A DNA stretch of 43,309 bases from Oculatellaceae cyanobacterium bins.114 (GTDB lineage: Bacteria > Cyanobacteriota > Cyanobacteriia > Elainellales > Elainellaceae), in NCBI GenBank assembly GCA_033764315.1, contig JANRJA010000154.1, forward strand, positions 1 through 43,309, in the 5' to 3' direction. The position numbers and the translations under genes are program-made. Below are positions 7,900 through 16,342 of the stretch, piece after piece (the first letter of the stretch is position 1; each line of letters starts with the position of its first letter). A model generated the notes under the pieces. The model saw only the letters and a list, made by a program, of their open reading frames with translations, was not told the DNA's origin and made no database searches.

Positions 7900-9327
7900 A
7901 TGACAACAAAGATTTGGAATCAAGAAGAATATTGGGGATTGGGTTATGACTTTGACCCGCAGTGGACGTTGACTGCCGCTCAACAAACATTGCAAGCCAA
8001 ATTGATTGAGATATGTGCTACGGTTCTACGTCCCAATGCGATTGAGAGCGATCGCTCCTTGATCTATCCTCGTAAAAATTTTGAGGCACTGGCATCCCTC
8101 GGATTATTGGGATTATTTGTGCCAAAAGAATGGGGCGGATTAGGCGAAAATCACGTCTGTGCAGCCATGATTGTCGAGACAATTGCTCGCTATGGGTGTC
8201 CCAGTACAGCCATGTGCTACACCATGCATTTAGGTGCAACAGCCGCCGCTCTATTTCGAGCACACGAGAGTCCTAGTCTGCAAAACCTGTTACAGCGGCT
8301 CGATCAAGAGGTGTTAATCGGCACTCTCTCCTACTCTGACCCTGAAACTGGATCGCACTTTTGGTATCCCGTCTCCTCTAAAGCCGAGCAGATGAGTGAT
8401 TCTTGGCAGGTCTTCAAAAAAGCCTCGTGGACAACCTCAGCCGGATTCGCTGATTGGTACATTGTGCAAACCACGAGTCCGGAATTTGACGGCAATTATG
8501 CTGACCTCTCGTGCTTCTTGATCTATCGGGATGAGGTGCAAGCCGAACCCCACAAGTGGGATGCATTAGGCTTACGGGGCAATCAATCAGGCACGTTGCT
8601 GGTGGATGGTATCACCGTTCCCCTCGATCGCATGGTGGGGACTAAAGGCGACGGCACTGCCTCTAATGACGAAATTGTTGACCCGTTCTTTTTGCTCTGT
8701 TCGTCTGCGTGCTGGAATGGCATTGCAATGGGGGCGATCGATATTGCCAAACGCCATGTCACTCGCAAAAAGCACGTTGATGTGGGTATGCGCGTTGCTG
8801 ACTATCCAACGATCCAAGATTACTTTGGTGAAGCCATCATCGACACCAATGCTTGTCGCATGTTTACCCTGTCAATGGGGCAGTTAATGGATAATTTGAC
8901 CAATCATTGCGACTGGTCGATTCACGCTGACCTCAGTGCACTGCCGCGATCAACCTACTTGCCCTGGTATTGGCAAATCAAGTTTGCAGCCGCTAAAAAT
9001 GTGGCACATGTTTGTGACAAAATGCTGCATGCCTGCGGTGGATCGGGCTTTAAAAAAGATATGGAGATCGAACGCTATCTGCGGGATGGCAAAGCGGGTT
9101 GGGTTATGGGTCCCACTAATGAAGTGTTGCGGCAGTTTGTGGGCAAGCTAGCCCTACTCGGATTTGATGCCCTCGACTATTGGAACCAGAACGTCAATGA
9201 GCGGGTTCTCAACAACGAAGTGAAAAAACTGGATGCTGACGGCAAACGACAACTAGCAGAACAGTTATTAGCACAAGCTGCCGCAGAAGAGGAAGCTTCT
9301 AAAACTTTAGTGAGCAGTGGGGTGTAG
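7900..9327 (+). CDS. Acyl-CoA dehydrogenase-fold flavoprotein (non-canonical; possible amine oxidoreductase/monooxygenase)
   Basis: LGLLGLFVPKEWGGLG, SYSDPETGS, K.SWTTSAGFADWY, WDALGLRGNQSG, GGSGF......ERYLRD. The usual IYEGT reads VMGPT. Confidence 0.85.
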   Translation: MTTKIWNQEEYWGLGYDFDPQWTLTAAQQTLQAKLIEICATVLRPNAIESDRSLIYPRKNFEALASLGLLGLFVPKEWGGLGENHVCAAMIVETIARYGCPSTAMCYTMHLGATAAALFRAHESPSLQNLLQRLDQEVLIGTLSYSDPETGSHFWYPVSSKAEQMSDSWQVFKKASWTTSAGFADWYIVQTTSPEFDGNYADLSCFLIYRDEVQAEPHKWDALGLRGNQSGTLLVDGITVPLDRMVGTKGDGTASNDEIVDPFFLLCSSACWNGIAMGAIDIAKRHVTRKKHVDVGMRVADYPTIQDYFGEAIIDTNACRMFTLSMGQLMDNLTNHCDWSIHADLSALPRSTYLPWYWQIKFAAAKNVAHVCDKMLHACGGSGFKKDMEIERYLRDGKAGWVMGPTNEVLRQFVGKLALLGFDALDYWNQNVNERVLNNEVKKLDADGKRQLAEQLLAQAAAEEEASKTLVSSGV

Positions 9328-9433
9328 GGTAGGGATGATGCAGTGTGCAACACTATTAATTTTATCTCTGCACACTGGATCACTCTCGCAGTATCATTAG
9401 CCATCACCGATCGCATAGATATCAGGAGAGAGT

Positions 9434-10231
9434 ATGACCGAAGCAACCGTCGGAACTCTAGTGTCGCTGTGGCGTTATCCTGTGAAGTCAATGATGGGGG
9501 AAGAATTGAATGCCTCTGTTATCACAGAAGAAGGCTTGTTGGGCGATCGCACCTATGCCTTGATTGACAATCATGGTAAAACTGTCAGTGCCAAATCTCC
9601 GCGCAAGTGGGGCAAGATGTTTGACTGTAGAGCCTCTCTGGAAACTCTCTCACAGGTCAAAATTACCCTGCCAGATGGCACTGTTGTGTTGAGTCATGTC
9701 GATGAGGTTGATCAGGTGCTCTCACAGGCTTTTGGGCAACTTGTCAAATTAGAGGCGATCGCCCCTGCTGAACCCAGCATTGAGATGTATACTCCCGATA
9801 TTGATGGCTTGCCCGATCAAGATCAAATCACGGATGCTGCCATTCAACCAAGCACATTTTTTGATGCCGCTACGGTGCATCTGCTTACCACTGCCACCAT
9901 GAACCAGCTTCAAACCTTAGCTCCTGGTTCTCGATTTGAGACGCGCCGTTTTCGTCCTAACCTGGTGGTGCAACCCACTAACAGCACTACTGGATTTGTT
10001 GAGAATGACTGGGTCGGCAGAACTCTGGCGATCGGCGATGAAGTTCGTCTCAGTGTGACGAGTCCCTGTCCTCGCTGTGTCATGACAACAATGGCGCAAG
10101 GCGAGCTACCCAATGATTTAAATATTCTAAAAACTGCCATGCAACACAATCAGGGCAACATTGGGATTTACGCCAGTGTGATGCAGGGTGGCACAATTCG
10201 ACGGGGAGATACTGTTACGGTTTTAGAGTGA
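9434..10231 (+). CDS. MOSC-domain molybdoprotein (YcbX/mARC-like)
   Basis: LWRYPVKSM.GE, GDR.YAL, RRFRPNLVV, PCPRCVMTT, GIYA.V..GG.IR.GD; AGGAG RBS. Confidence 0.92.
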   Translation: MTEATVGTLVSLWRYPVKSMMGEELNASVITEEGLLGDRTYALIDNHGKTVSAKSPRKWGKMFDCRASLETLSQVKITLPDGTVVLSHVDEVDQVLSQAFGQLVKLEAIAPAEPSIEMYTPDIDGLPDQDQITDAAIQPSTFFDAATVHLLTTATMNQLQTLAPGSRFETRRFRPNLVVQPTNSTTGFVENDWVGRTLAIGDEVRLSVTSPCPRCVMTTMAQGELPNDLNILKTAMQHNQGNIGIYASVMQGGTIRRGDTVTVLE

Positions 10232-10256
10232 ATTGTAGTTTTGCGATCGCTCGTCA

Positions 10257-10400
10257 GCATTGGCAACTAAAGTCGCAGCTACACGAGCAAAACCTGCCTC
10301 CGCAGGTTACAGGAAGCCTGAATTGACTTGAGCTAGCAACGGTGGACTTGGTTCTTGTAGTCGCGGTTTTAACCACCAAAAACTTCTCAGACATCCTCTA
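10257..10400. repeat. Dispersed REP/MITE-like repeat, copy 3
   Basis: Similar to 781-850 (inverted) and to the interior of the 5296-5458 element; ends ACTTCTCAGACATCCTCTA. Confidence 0.75.
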
Positions 10401-10429
10401 ACATCTGCCCTTTAACCTCTATTCTGTTT

Positions 10430-12286
10430 ATGCTTCTCGACATCAAACAACTTGACGTATTTCACCCCTCTCTTCCTAAACCGTTGGGATTGGTGGTCGC
10501 CGAGTATTGGATCGAGGGTGGAACGGCGATCGCCTACCCCGTTAAAGCAGGGCAATACGTTCAAATTTTGGATGTGGAAGGGTGTCAGTGCTCTGACCTG
10601 GTTGCTTTTACTGGAGAGCAATATGAAGAGGAACTGGATGCCACTGTTACCCGCACGCTCAATGGTTTGTCACTGCCTGTGGCAGGGTTGCATGGCAAAT
10701 ACTTCTCACAACACATGCAGCCGCTGTTAGAGGTGATTCAAGATACCTGCAATCGCCACGACAGTTTCTTTTTGGCGTGTACGGCACGTTACTACGAAGA
10801 TTTAGGCTATCCCGGTCATCCCAGTTGCAGTGACAACTTCAATCAGGTGTTGCAGCCTTACGGCATTGCTCCTCGTTTGGGGTGGAGTGCGATCAATTTT
10901 TTCTATAACACTGCCGTTGAGGAGACAGGGGCGATCGCTGGAGGTGAGTCGTGGTCACGTCCAGGTGACTACGTGTTGCTGCGTGCCCATCGCGATCTGC
11001 TCTGCGCCAGTTCCTCCTGTGCCGATGACATCGACTCTGTGAATGGCTGGAATCCAACTCCTATTTTGATTCGGGTCTATGATGCTGAAGCCGAGTTTTC
11101 AAGGGCGATCGGGCGACGAGTCTCTGCGATCGCCCCTCTACGGCTGACCCAACCCAGTGCCTTCACGCCCCGAATTCAGCAATTGACTAACAATCTGGTG
11201 GAATATAACGGCTTTTGGGTGCCCAACAGTTTCACCAATCACGGCATTCAAGATGAATATTGGGCATTGCGCGAACGAGCCGTGTTGCTTGATTTGTCGG
11301 CTCTGCGTAAGTTTGATGTGGTAGGAAAAGATGCCTTTCGTTTATTACAACTGGCTTTCTCGCGGGATGTCAGCAAACTCAACGTGGGGCAGTCGGCTTA
11401 TGGGTGTTTGCTCAATCCTCATGGAGGCATTGTCGATGATGGCATTGTGTTTTGTCTGAGGGAATCGCACTATCGCTATGTGGGCAATTGCGACAGTGAT
11501 GCTGACTGGTTGACGCGAGTTGCAGATCAACACGGCTTTGGCGTTGAGGTTCATCCCTGTAGTCATGTGCTCCACAATCTGGCAATTCAAGGGCCCTTGT
11601 CTCGACAAATTTTGCGATCGCTCACCCAGTTTGATCCGCAGTTCCAGGGATTCACCCTCGATGACCTGCCTTATTTTCACTTTGTCACTGGAACCGTTGC
11701 CAATATCCCTGTCTTGATCTCCCGTACCGGCTACACCGGAGAATTGGGCTATGAGATTTTTGTGCACCCTGACTACGGCATTGCTCTGTGGGATGCGCTG
11801 ATGACAGCAGGAGCACCCGTTGGACTGCAACCGATGGGCATGTTGGCACTCGATCGCGCCCGCATCGAAGCTGGACTGTTAGCGGCAGGACGCGAATTTG
11901 ATGACCTGACCTCGCCTTATCAAGCGGGAATCGGTTGGGCAGTGGCGATGAAAAAGCCTGATTTCATGGGTAAAGCAGCTTTAGAACAGATTCGACCCCA
12001 TCCTCCCAGGGTGACGGTTGGACTGGTGTTAGAGGGTAACGAGGTTGCTGCCGGGGGGCAGTGCATTCACCCATTGGGAGAACGTTGGCGCGTCGGCACC
12101 ATCACCAGTGGCACCTTTTCACCCATCCTCAATCGCAGCATTGCTCTGGCACAAGTCACCCCCGAATATGCTGAACTGGGAACTGTGTTAGAAGTTGGCT
12201 TGGTGGATGGCATGATTCGCCGTGTTAGAGCTACCGTTGGCACCCTTGCCGCCTATGACCCCACTAAAAGCCGAGTCCGATCATGA
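10430..12286 (+). CDS. tdm: DUF1989 + GcvT (THF-binding) protein, TMAO demethylase (Tdm)-like
   Basis: DTCNRHDSFFLAC.ARYYEDLGYPGHPSCSDNFN...WSRPGDYVLLRA..DL.C.SSSCADD followed by a GcvT domain (DLSALRKF, DDG, SRTGYTGELGYE, RIEAGL, YDP.K.R.RS). The gene symbol rests on motif recognition only. Confidence 0.8.
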   Translation: MLLDIKQLDVFHPSLPKPLGLVVAEYWIEGGTAIAYPVKAGQYVQILDVEGCQCSDLVAFTGEQYEEELDATVTRTLNGLSLPVAGLHGKYFSQHMQPLLEVIQDTCNRHDSFFLACTARYYEDLGYPGHPSCSDNFNQVLQPYGIAPRLGWSAINFFYNTAVEETGAIAGGESWSRPGDYVLLRAHRDLLCASSSCADDIDSVNGWNPTPILIRVYDAEAEFSRAIGRRVSAIAPLRLTQPSAFTPRIQQLTNNLVEYNGFWVPNSFTNHGIQDEYWALRERAVLLDLSALRKFDVVGKDAFRLLQLAFSRDVSKLNVGQSAYGCLLNPHGGIVDDGIVFCLRESHYRYVGNCDSDADWLTRVADQHGFGVEVHPCSHVLHNLAIQGPLSRQILRSLTQFDPQFQGFTLDDLPYFHFVTGTVANIPVLISRTGYTGELGYEIFVHPDYGIALWDALMTAGAPVGLQPMGMLALDRARIEAGLLAAGREFDDLTSPYQAGIGWAVAMKKPDFMGKAALEQIRPHPPRVTVGLVLEGNEVAAGGQCIHPLGERWRVGTITSGTFSPILNRSIALAQVTPEYAELGTVLEVGLVDGMIRRVRATVGTLAAYDPTKSRVRS

Positions 12287-12783
12287 GTCATCGTTCGATT
12301 TATGCCAATTTGTTGTGGGATGTCGCCGGAGTGGATGGCTTGCAGGTGATGAAGACTCTGTTTGGCGACCAGTGCGATCGCATTGCTCCGTTTCAGTCAT
12401 TTGAGGCAGAGCTAGACCACACACCTTGTTCTGTGTTGCGATTGTGTGAGGGCAACTTTCGGATTCGTTGGGCGGGCGATGCCGATCACCTCAAGTCGAT
12501 GCTATATTCCGTGACCACCGATCAGCGAGTTTGGGTCAAACAGTTTCCCTGGCTGGTATCAGTCCAGTTGCCTCACACCTTAGACACGGTGAAATTGTCT
12601 CAAATGGCGATCGCCAAACTTCCCTTTTCGCTGACATCCCTTGCGCTTAACTGTGCTGCTCCTGCCCGTATCGAAACCCTATCTGTCCTGGTTTGGCGAC
12701 ACACGCTGCAAACCACTGAAACCCTGGAACTCCACACCGCAAGAAAATCCCTCGAAATGCTAGAACACAGTTTAGCCCTGTGA
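12283..12783 (+). CDS. Sarcosine oxidase gamma / GcvT N-terminal-like small protein
   Basis: Start overlaps the tdm stop (ATGA). WDVAG.D...VM..LFG...F....L....CSVLRLCE.NFRI resembles the folate-binding fold; the assignment is tentative. Confidence 0.55.
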   Translation: MSHRSIYANLLWDVAGVDGLQVMKTLFGDQCDRIAPFQSFEAELDHTPCSVLRLCEGNFRIRWAGDADHLKSMLYSVTTDQRVWVKQFPWLVSVQLPHTLDTVKLSQMAIAKLPFSLTSLALNCAAPARIETLSVLVWRHTLQTTETLELHTARKSLEMLEHSLAL

Positions 12784-12810
12784 AGCCATGCGCTTTGGGG
12801 CGATCGCTCT

Positions 12811-13248
12811 TTAGGTAGAAAACTTTTGGTTCTGACAATTTCGCATCAAAGCTTGAAATCCAGCTTGCACAAAATGCTTGTCATAGGCAAGAGCCTCTGC
12901 AATTGCCTGTTTTTCCATAACCTTAAAAGAGACACAATCAGTCTGGCTCCATTCCTTGTCAGGTCGCTGTTTATACAGGGTGAGTGCAGCTTGAAATTGC
13001 AAACTGGTTTGAGGAATGATGGTTGTATTGGGATGTTGATATAGCTTTTCGATTAGATTAACTGCAACTTTTCGGAAGAAATCACCGCGATCGCTAAAAT
13101 CATTCAATACTTCAGTCAAAACCATTTCAGTTGTAACGATATGAGCAGGTTGAATGTTTTGAGAGAGTTGCTGTGCTTTTGTGTGTAAGTCATCACGAGG
13201 ATTCATTAATGCAACCCAGTAACCCGTATCTGCAAATACAACTCTCAT
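12811..13248 (-). CDS. vapC: PIN-domain toxin (VapC family)
   Basis: VFADTGYWVAL...D..H, TTEMVLTE, S.TDC.SF..M...I.EAL.YDKHF.QAGF. Confidence 0.9.
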   Translation of the reverse strand: MRVVFADTGYWVALMNPRDDLHTKAQQLSQNIQPAHIVTTEMVLTEVLNDFSDRGDFFRKVAVNLIEKLYQHPNTTIIPQTSLQFQAALTLYKQRPDKEWSQTDCVSFKVMEKQAIAEALAYDKHFVQAGFQALMRNCQNQKFST

Positions 13249-13577
13249 TCGTCATTCCGTTGTTTTTGATAAGTATCAAAGTTTCTGGCGAGGTCAGTCG
13301 GCAATTTAGCCCATTCTTCATCGGGAACTTGAGCAGAAATTTCGGCAACTAATTCCCAAATTGGTTGAGCATCTGAGTCAAACAGCAATTGATTCGTTAC
13401 TGGTTCGCTCAATGAAGGAGTTTCAAATTGAGTCAGTGGGTCATTTGCCGTTTTGGTGTCTGACTCTTCCAATAAAACAATTAAGCGTATCCGACCCGGA
13501 TGAGACACCTGTAATGGTTGATCTAGCGTTAGTCGCCCTGTAGGGTCGATTGTTCCAGTGACTTCAAAGGCTTGCAT
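13245..13577 (-). CDS. Putative antitoxin partner of VapC
   Basis: 4-bp overlap with vapC. MQAFEVTGTID..G.L.LD.PL N-terminus and PIWE....I...VP.EEW.KLPTDLA.N.D.Y C-terminus are typical of cyanobacterial TA-associated proteins. Confidence 0.7.
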   Translation of the reverse strand: MQAFEVTGTIDPTGRLTLDQPLQVSHPGRIRLIVLLEESDTKTANDPLTQFETPSLSEPVTNQLLFDSDAQPIWELVAEISAQVPDEEWAKLPTDLARNFDTYQKQRNDE

Positions 13578-13652
13578 AGGGTTCTCAAAAGAAAAGAGAT
13601 ATCAGAATTCTAGCAAGGGGCGATCGCTCTTTAATATCGATTCGCTCATCCC

Positions 13653-13685
13653 AGATCCCCGGAATCTTGAAGCTTCCGGGGATCT
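13653..13685. repeat. AGATCCCCGG hairpin repeat
   Basis: AGATCCCCGGAA-tcttgaagc-TTCCGGGGATCT inverted repeat. Confidence 0.7.
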
Positions 13686-13722
13686 AGAACCCGTCAATTT
13701 AAGATCACGGTCGGAGCGAAAG

Positions 13723-14085
13723 TCATCGCGCAAGACAGAACCAAAGAACAAAGACCCATGTTTTTAAAGCGTCTCCCCAATGGGCAACTGCACCATCAAG
13801 ATCCTCATCTATTTTGCTTTGAACTTCTGCCTGTTTTAATTCATCGGGTGAGTAAACCTGGAAGAATATTGAATCATCCCGAAATAATCCATCACACTTG
13901 CGATCGCCAATCTTTCCATAAGGACGAACTCGTATGAATCCGGGTTTAGCCCATACCATAATGTCTTCAAAGAGTCCTTGAAAGGCATCACCCAGTCCTT
14001 CAAGGCACCGAAGCTTGAATTCCTTATAGTGCTCGTAAGTGGTAAGGTCGTATTCGTTAGGTTTGCTCTCTGAAGATTCACTCAT
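13723..14085 (-). pseudogene. Truncated PD-(D/E)xK restriction-endonuclease-like domain (ABC-3C-type effector N-terminus)
   Basis: G.AFQ.LFEDIM......F..VRPYG..GD.KCDG.......FQVYSP......KI.ED..GA..HW.....WVFV, then an unrelated tail and stop at 120 aa. Confidence 0.55.
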
Positions 14086-14213
14086 ATCAGCATAGTAATG
14101 AGTTAGCTCATTTGTTTAGAGGCTAATGTTCTAGCCCCTTTTCTACCTACAACGAGTATTTTAGCGATTTCAAGCAGCGATCGCCCTCTGACCCTCATCA
14201 TTCGCCTTTTGAT

Positions 14214-14420
14214 CTCTGAACTCCAACCTTTTTATTCCAACCTCCGACCTCTGAACTCGGAACCTCGACCTCTGAACTTCAACCTCCGACTTCTGAACCC
14301 GGAACCTCGACCTCTGAGCTCCAACCTCCGACCTCTGAGCTCCAACCGTCGACCTCTGAACTCCAACCGTCGACCTCTGAACTCCAAACTTCGAGCATTT
14401 TGCCCCAACCGTCGAGTTCT
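14214..14420. repeat. Heptamer-based tandem repeat (21-bp higher-order unit)
   Basis: About 9 degenerate units such as CTCTGAA-CTCCAAC-CGTCGAC; STRR-like. Confidence 0.85.
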
Positions 14421-14480
14421 AATCCCAATTTAACCCACAACGATTACAGATCATTAGAACCAATGCGAAGCGCGTCTTTG

Positions 14481-14612
14481 GGGTGAACCGAAACACCGTC
14501 TGCCAGAGGGTTTGGGGGAGGCAGTGACGTCCCTCAATGGGGGTTTGGGAGAGACTCCCCAATGCCTGGTTTTCACATTTGGGTGAATTGAAACACCGTC
14601 TGCTAGAGGGTT
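14481..14612. repeat. 32-bp direct repeat, two copies 100 bp apart
   Basis: GGGTGAACCGAAACACCGTCTGCCAGAGGGTT (14481) vs GGGTGAATTGAAACACCGTCTGCTAGAGGGTT (14581), flanking a GGGGGTTTGGGAGAGACTCCCCAA hairpin. Confidence 0.75.
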
Positions 14613-14738
14613 CAGGAGCACCCCAGAAAAAAGCCTTCAGTGGTGGGTTTTATCTTTTAACAGAGGGATGTCAAAGAGTTGAGTTAAGCTAGATCAGGAC
14701 TTATTGTCAGCTCAGTCACACGTCCCTGAACCAATTCA

Positions 14739-15464
14739 ATGCAACTTCCCCTCCACCTGATCATCTCAGAACAACTTCGGGAGCAAATTACAAACGGTGA
14801 GTTTCAACCAGGAGCACAACTCCCCAGCGAACATCAATTGATGTCTGATTTTGACGTTAGCCGCATCACCGTTAGACGAGCGATCGCCAATTTGGTTAAT
14901 CAGGGCTTAGTTTCATCCCATCGAGGCAAAGGAGTCTTTGTTAAAGAACAACGCAAAGTAACCTATTCACTCTCTAGCCCGATGGTCTTTTTTGAAGAAG
15001 ACATGACACGACAAGGAGTGACCAGTTCGATTCAAAATTTAGTCTTTGAAGCTGTGATTGCACCTGCCGAAGTACAACAAAAATTACAACTTACTTCTCA
15101 TCAAAAAACAGTTTATTTACAGAAAAAATTATTGTTGTTAGATGATACTCCCGTTGGGGTTGACATCACTTACATTACTGCGGATTTAGGAAAACAATAT
15201 GCAGATGATTTACAACAGCAAATGACATTTCCCACATTAGAACAACATGGTGTTTTTATTGAACGAGTTGAAGCCGTGTTGGGATGCACACGTGCAGATT
15301 ATGAAACAAGTGAATATTTAGATGTGCCATTAGGTGATCCGTTGTTAGTCTATAGTCACACGGCTTACACCATTGATAACCGTCCGATTGTTTGTGGAGA
15401 AGCTCTCTCCAGGGGCGATCGCCTGTGTTACTCCATCAATCTTTTAAAGCAAGACACAGTTTAA
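14739..15464 (+). CDS. GntR-family regulator, HutC/UTRA subfamily
   Basis: PG.QLPSE.QL...F.VSR.TVRRA...L...GL.....GKG.FV wHTH plus a UTRA-like C-terminal domain; 241 aa. Confidence 0.93.
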   Translation: MQLPLHLIISEQLREQITNGEFQPGAQLPSEHQLMSDFDVSRITVRRAIANLVNQGLVSSHRGKGVFVKEQRKVTYSLSSPMVFFEEDMTRQGVTSSIQNLVFEAVIAPAEVQQKLQLTSHQKTVYLQKKLLLLDDTPVGVDITYITADLGKQYADDLQQQMTFPTLEQHGVFIERVEAVLGCTRADYETSEYLDVPLGDPLLVYSHTAYTIDNRPIVCGEALSRGDRLCYSINLLKQDTV

Positions 15465-15493
15465 ACGATGCATTTTACTACACAAGCAATACT

Positions 15494-16342
15494 CTAATTT
15501 AGAGAGTGAGTTTGAGAAATCTGATGAGCGATCGCCTTCAGTTCTGACCAGTGTCTACGAGACTCCACAGGTTGAACAGGGTCAATATGTCTTTGACTCG
15601 TTTGTGGTGCTAGTTTTGTTTTTGAGGGCAGAGTCATATGAGGTTCATCTTGCACGAGTTGAATCAAAGCAGTCGTGTGATCGGCATTGGGGGAGGTTGT
15701 CGGCAGAGGCTCTGTCGGCTTTGGCATGATGGATTTGCTTAACGGACTCGCGATCGCAGCCGCTGTAATGAGTTGAGCAGGAATCTCAACAAGGGATACA
15801 AAAGCTTGTTGAGCAACAGAAAGTTGCTGTAGACCAACGGGCACAGGAGGTTCTAGAGGATCTTTCTCTAATAAGATCGACATCTCTGCCGCCCTCAACC
15901 ATGCCAGATATAACACTCTAAAATCACCTTGCAAGAGTTCGTAGCGCAGTTCTGCAAGGGTTGATATGAGTTGACTATACTCCGTCCTGGTGTATTGAGT
16001 CTGTGGATTTAACGGAATAGTGAGCAGGACATAGAGGGGAGTCGTGATCAGGGTGATTACATGATCGATGTCGTATGGTTTGATAGCGATCGCATCAAAG
16101 ACAGCGCAAGGCAAGCGAAAGACTAATTGCCCATCAGAATCAGAGGCTAGATGCACCATGACATCAAAACACTTTTCTAACAGCTTGAGTGGATTGCCTC
16201 GAAAATCGTCGTAATGATAGGTAAAAGTTGCACTGACAGGGGTTAGCTGAACCCGACTCCAAAGGCTAGAAATATAACTTTGCTCTGCTTCAGTTAAGGG
16301 ACGATCCTGTGATTGAAACTCATAATATCGATAGATTTTCAT
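15494..16342 (-). CDS. Conserved hypothetical protein (Y.YYEF...DRPLT family), possibly C-terminally shortened
   Basis: YRYYEFQSQDRPLT..EQ, FTYHY.DFRG.P, L..LR.ELL.GD.R.LYLAWL, EPPVP.GL..LS. ATG at 16342 preferred over 16357. Confidence 0.65.
   Translation of the reverse strand: MKIYRYYEFQSQDRPLTEAEQSYISSLWSRVQLTPVSATFTYHYDDFRGNPLKLLEKCFDVMVHLASDSDGQLVFRLPCAVFDAIAIKPYDIDHVITLITTPLYVLLTIPLNPQTQYTRTEYSQLISTLAELRYELLQGDFRVLYLAWLRAAEMSILLEKDPLEPPVPVGLQQLSVAQQAFVSLVEIPAQLITAAAIASPLSKSIMPKPTEPLPTTSPNADHTTALIQLVQDEPHMTLPSKTKLAPQTSQRHIDPVQPVESRRHWSELKAIAHQISQTHSLN

Noticed and set aside
9340-9378. CAGTGTGCA...TGCACACTG inverted repeat as a terminator
   Set aside because: No U-tract and a 21-nt loop; at most an intra-operon stability hairpin.
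10430-12286. Calling this gcvT or a urea/guanidine carboxylase-associated DUF1989 protein
   Set aside because: It is a DUF1989-GcvT fusion with Tdm-type motif spacing; no gcvH/P, carboxylase or recognisable guanidine riboswitch is nearby.
14209-14433. 74-aa RPLNS-repeat ORF
   Set aside because: By-product of the 21-bp tandem array; TTG start and no RBS.
14481-14612. Possible mini-CRISPR (contains ATTGAAAC)
   Set aside because: Only two imperfect copies, a 68-bp gap, GAAAC internal rather than terminal, and no cas genes.
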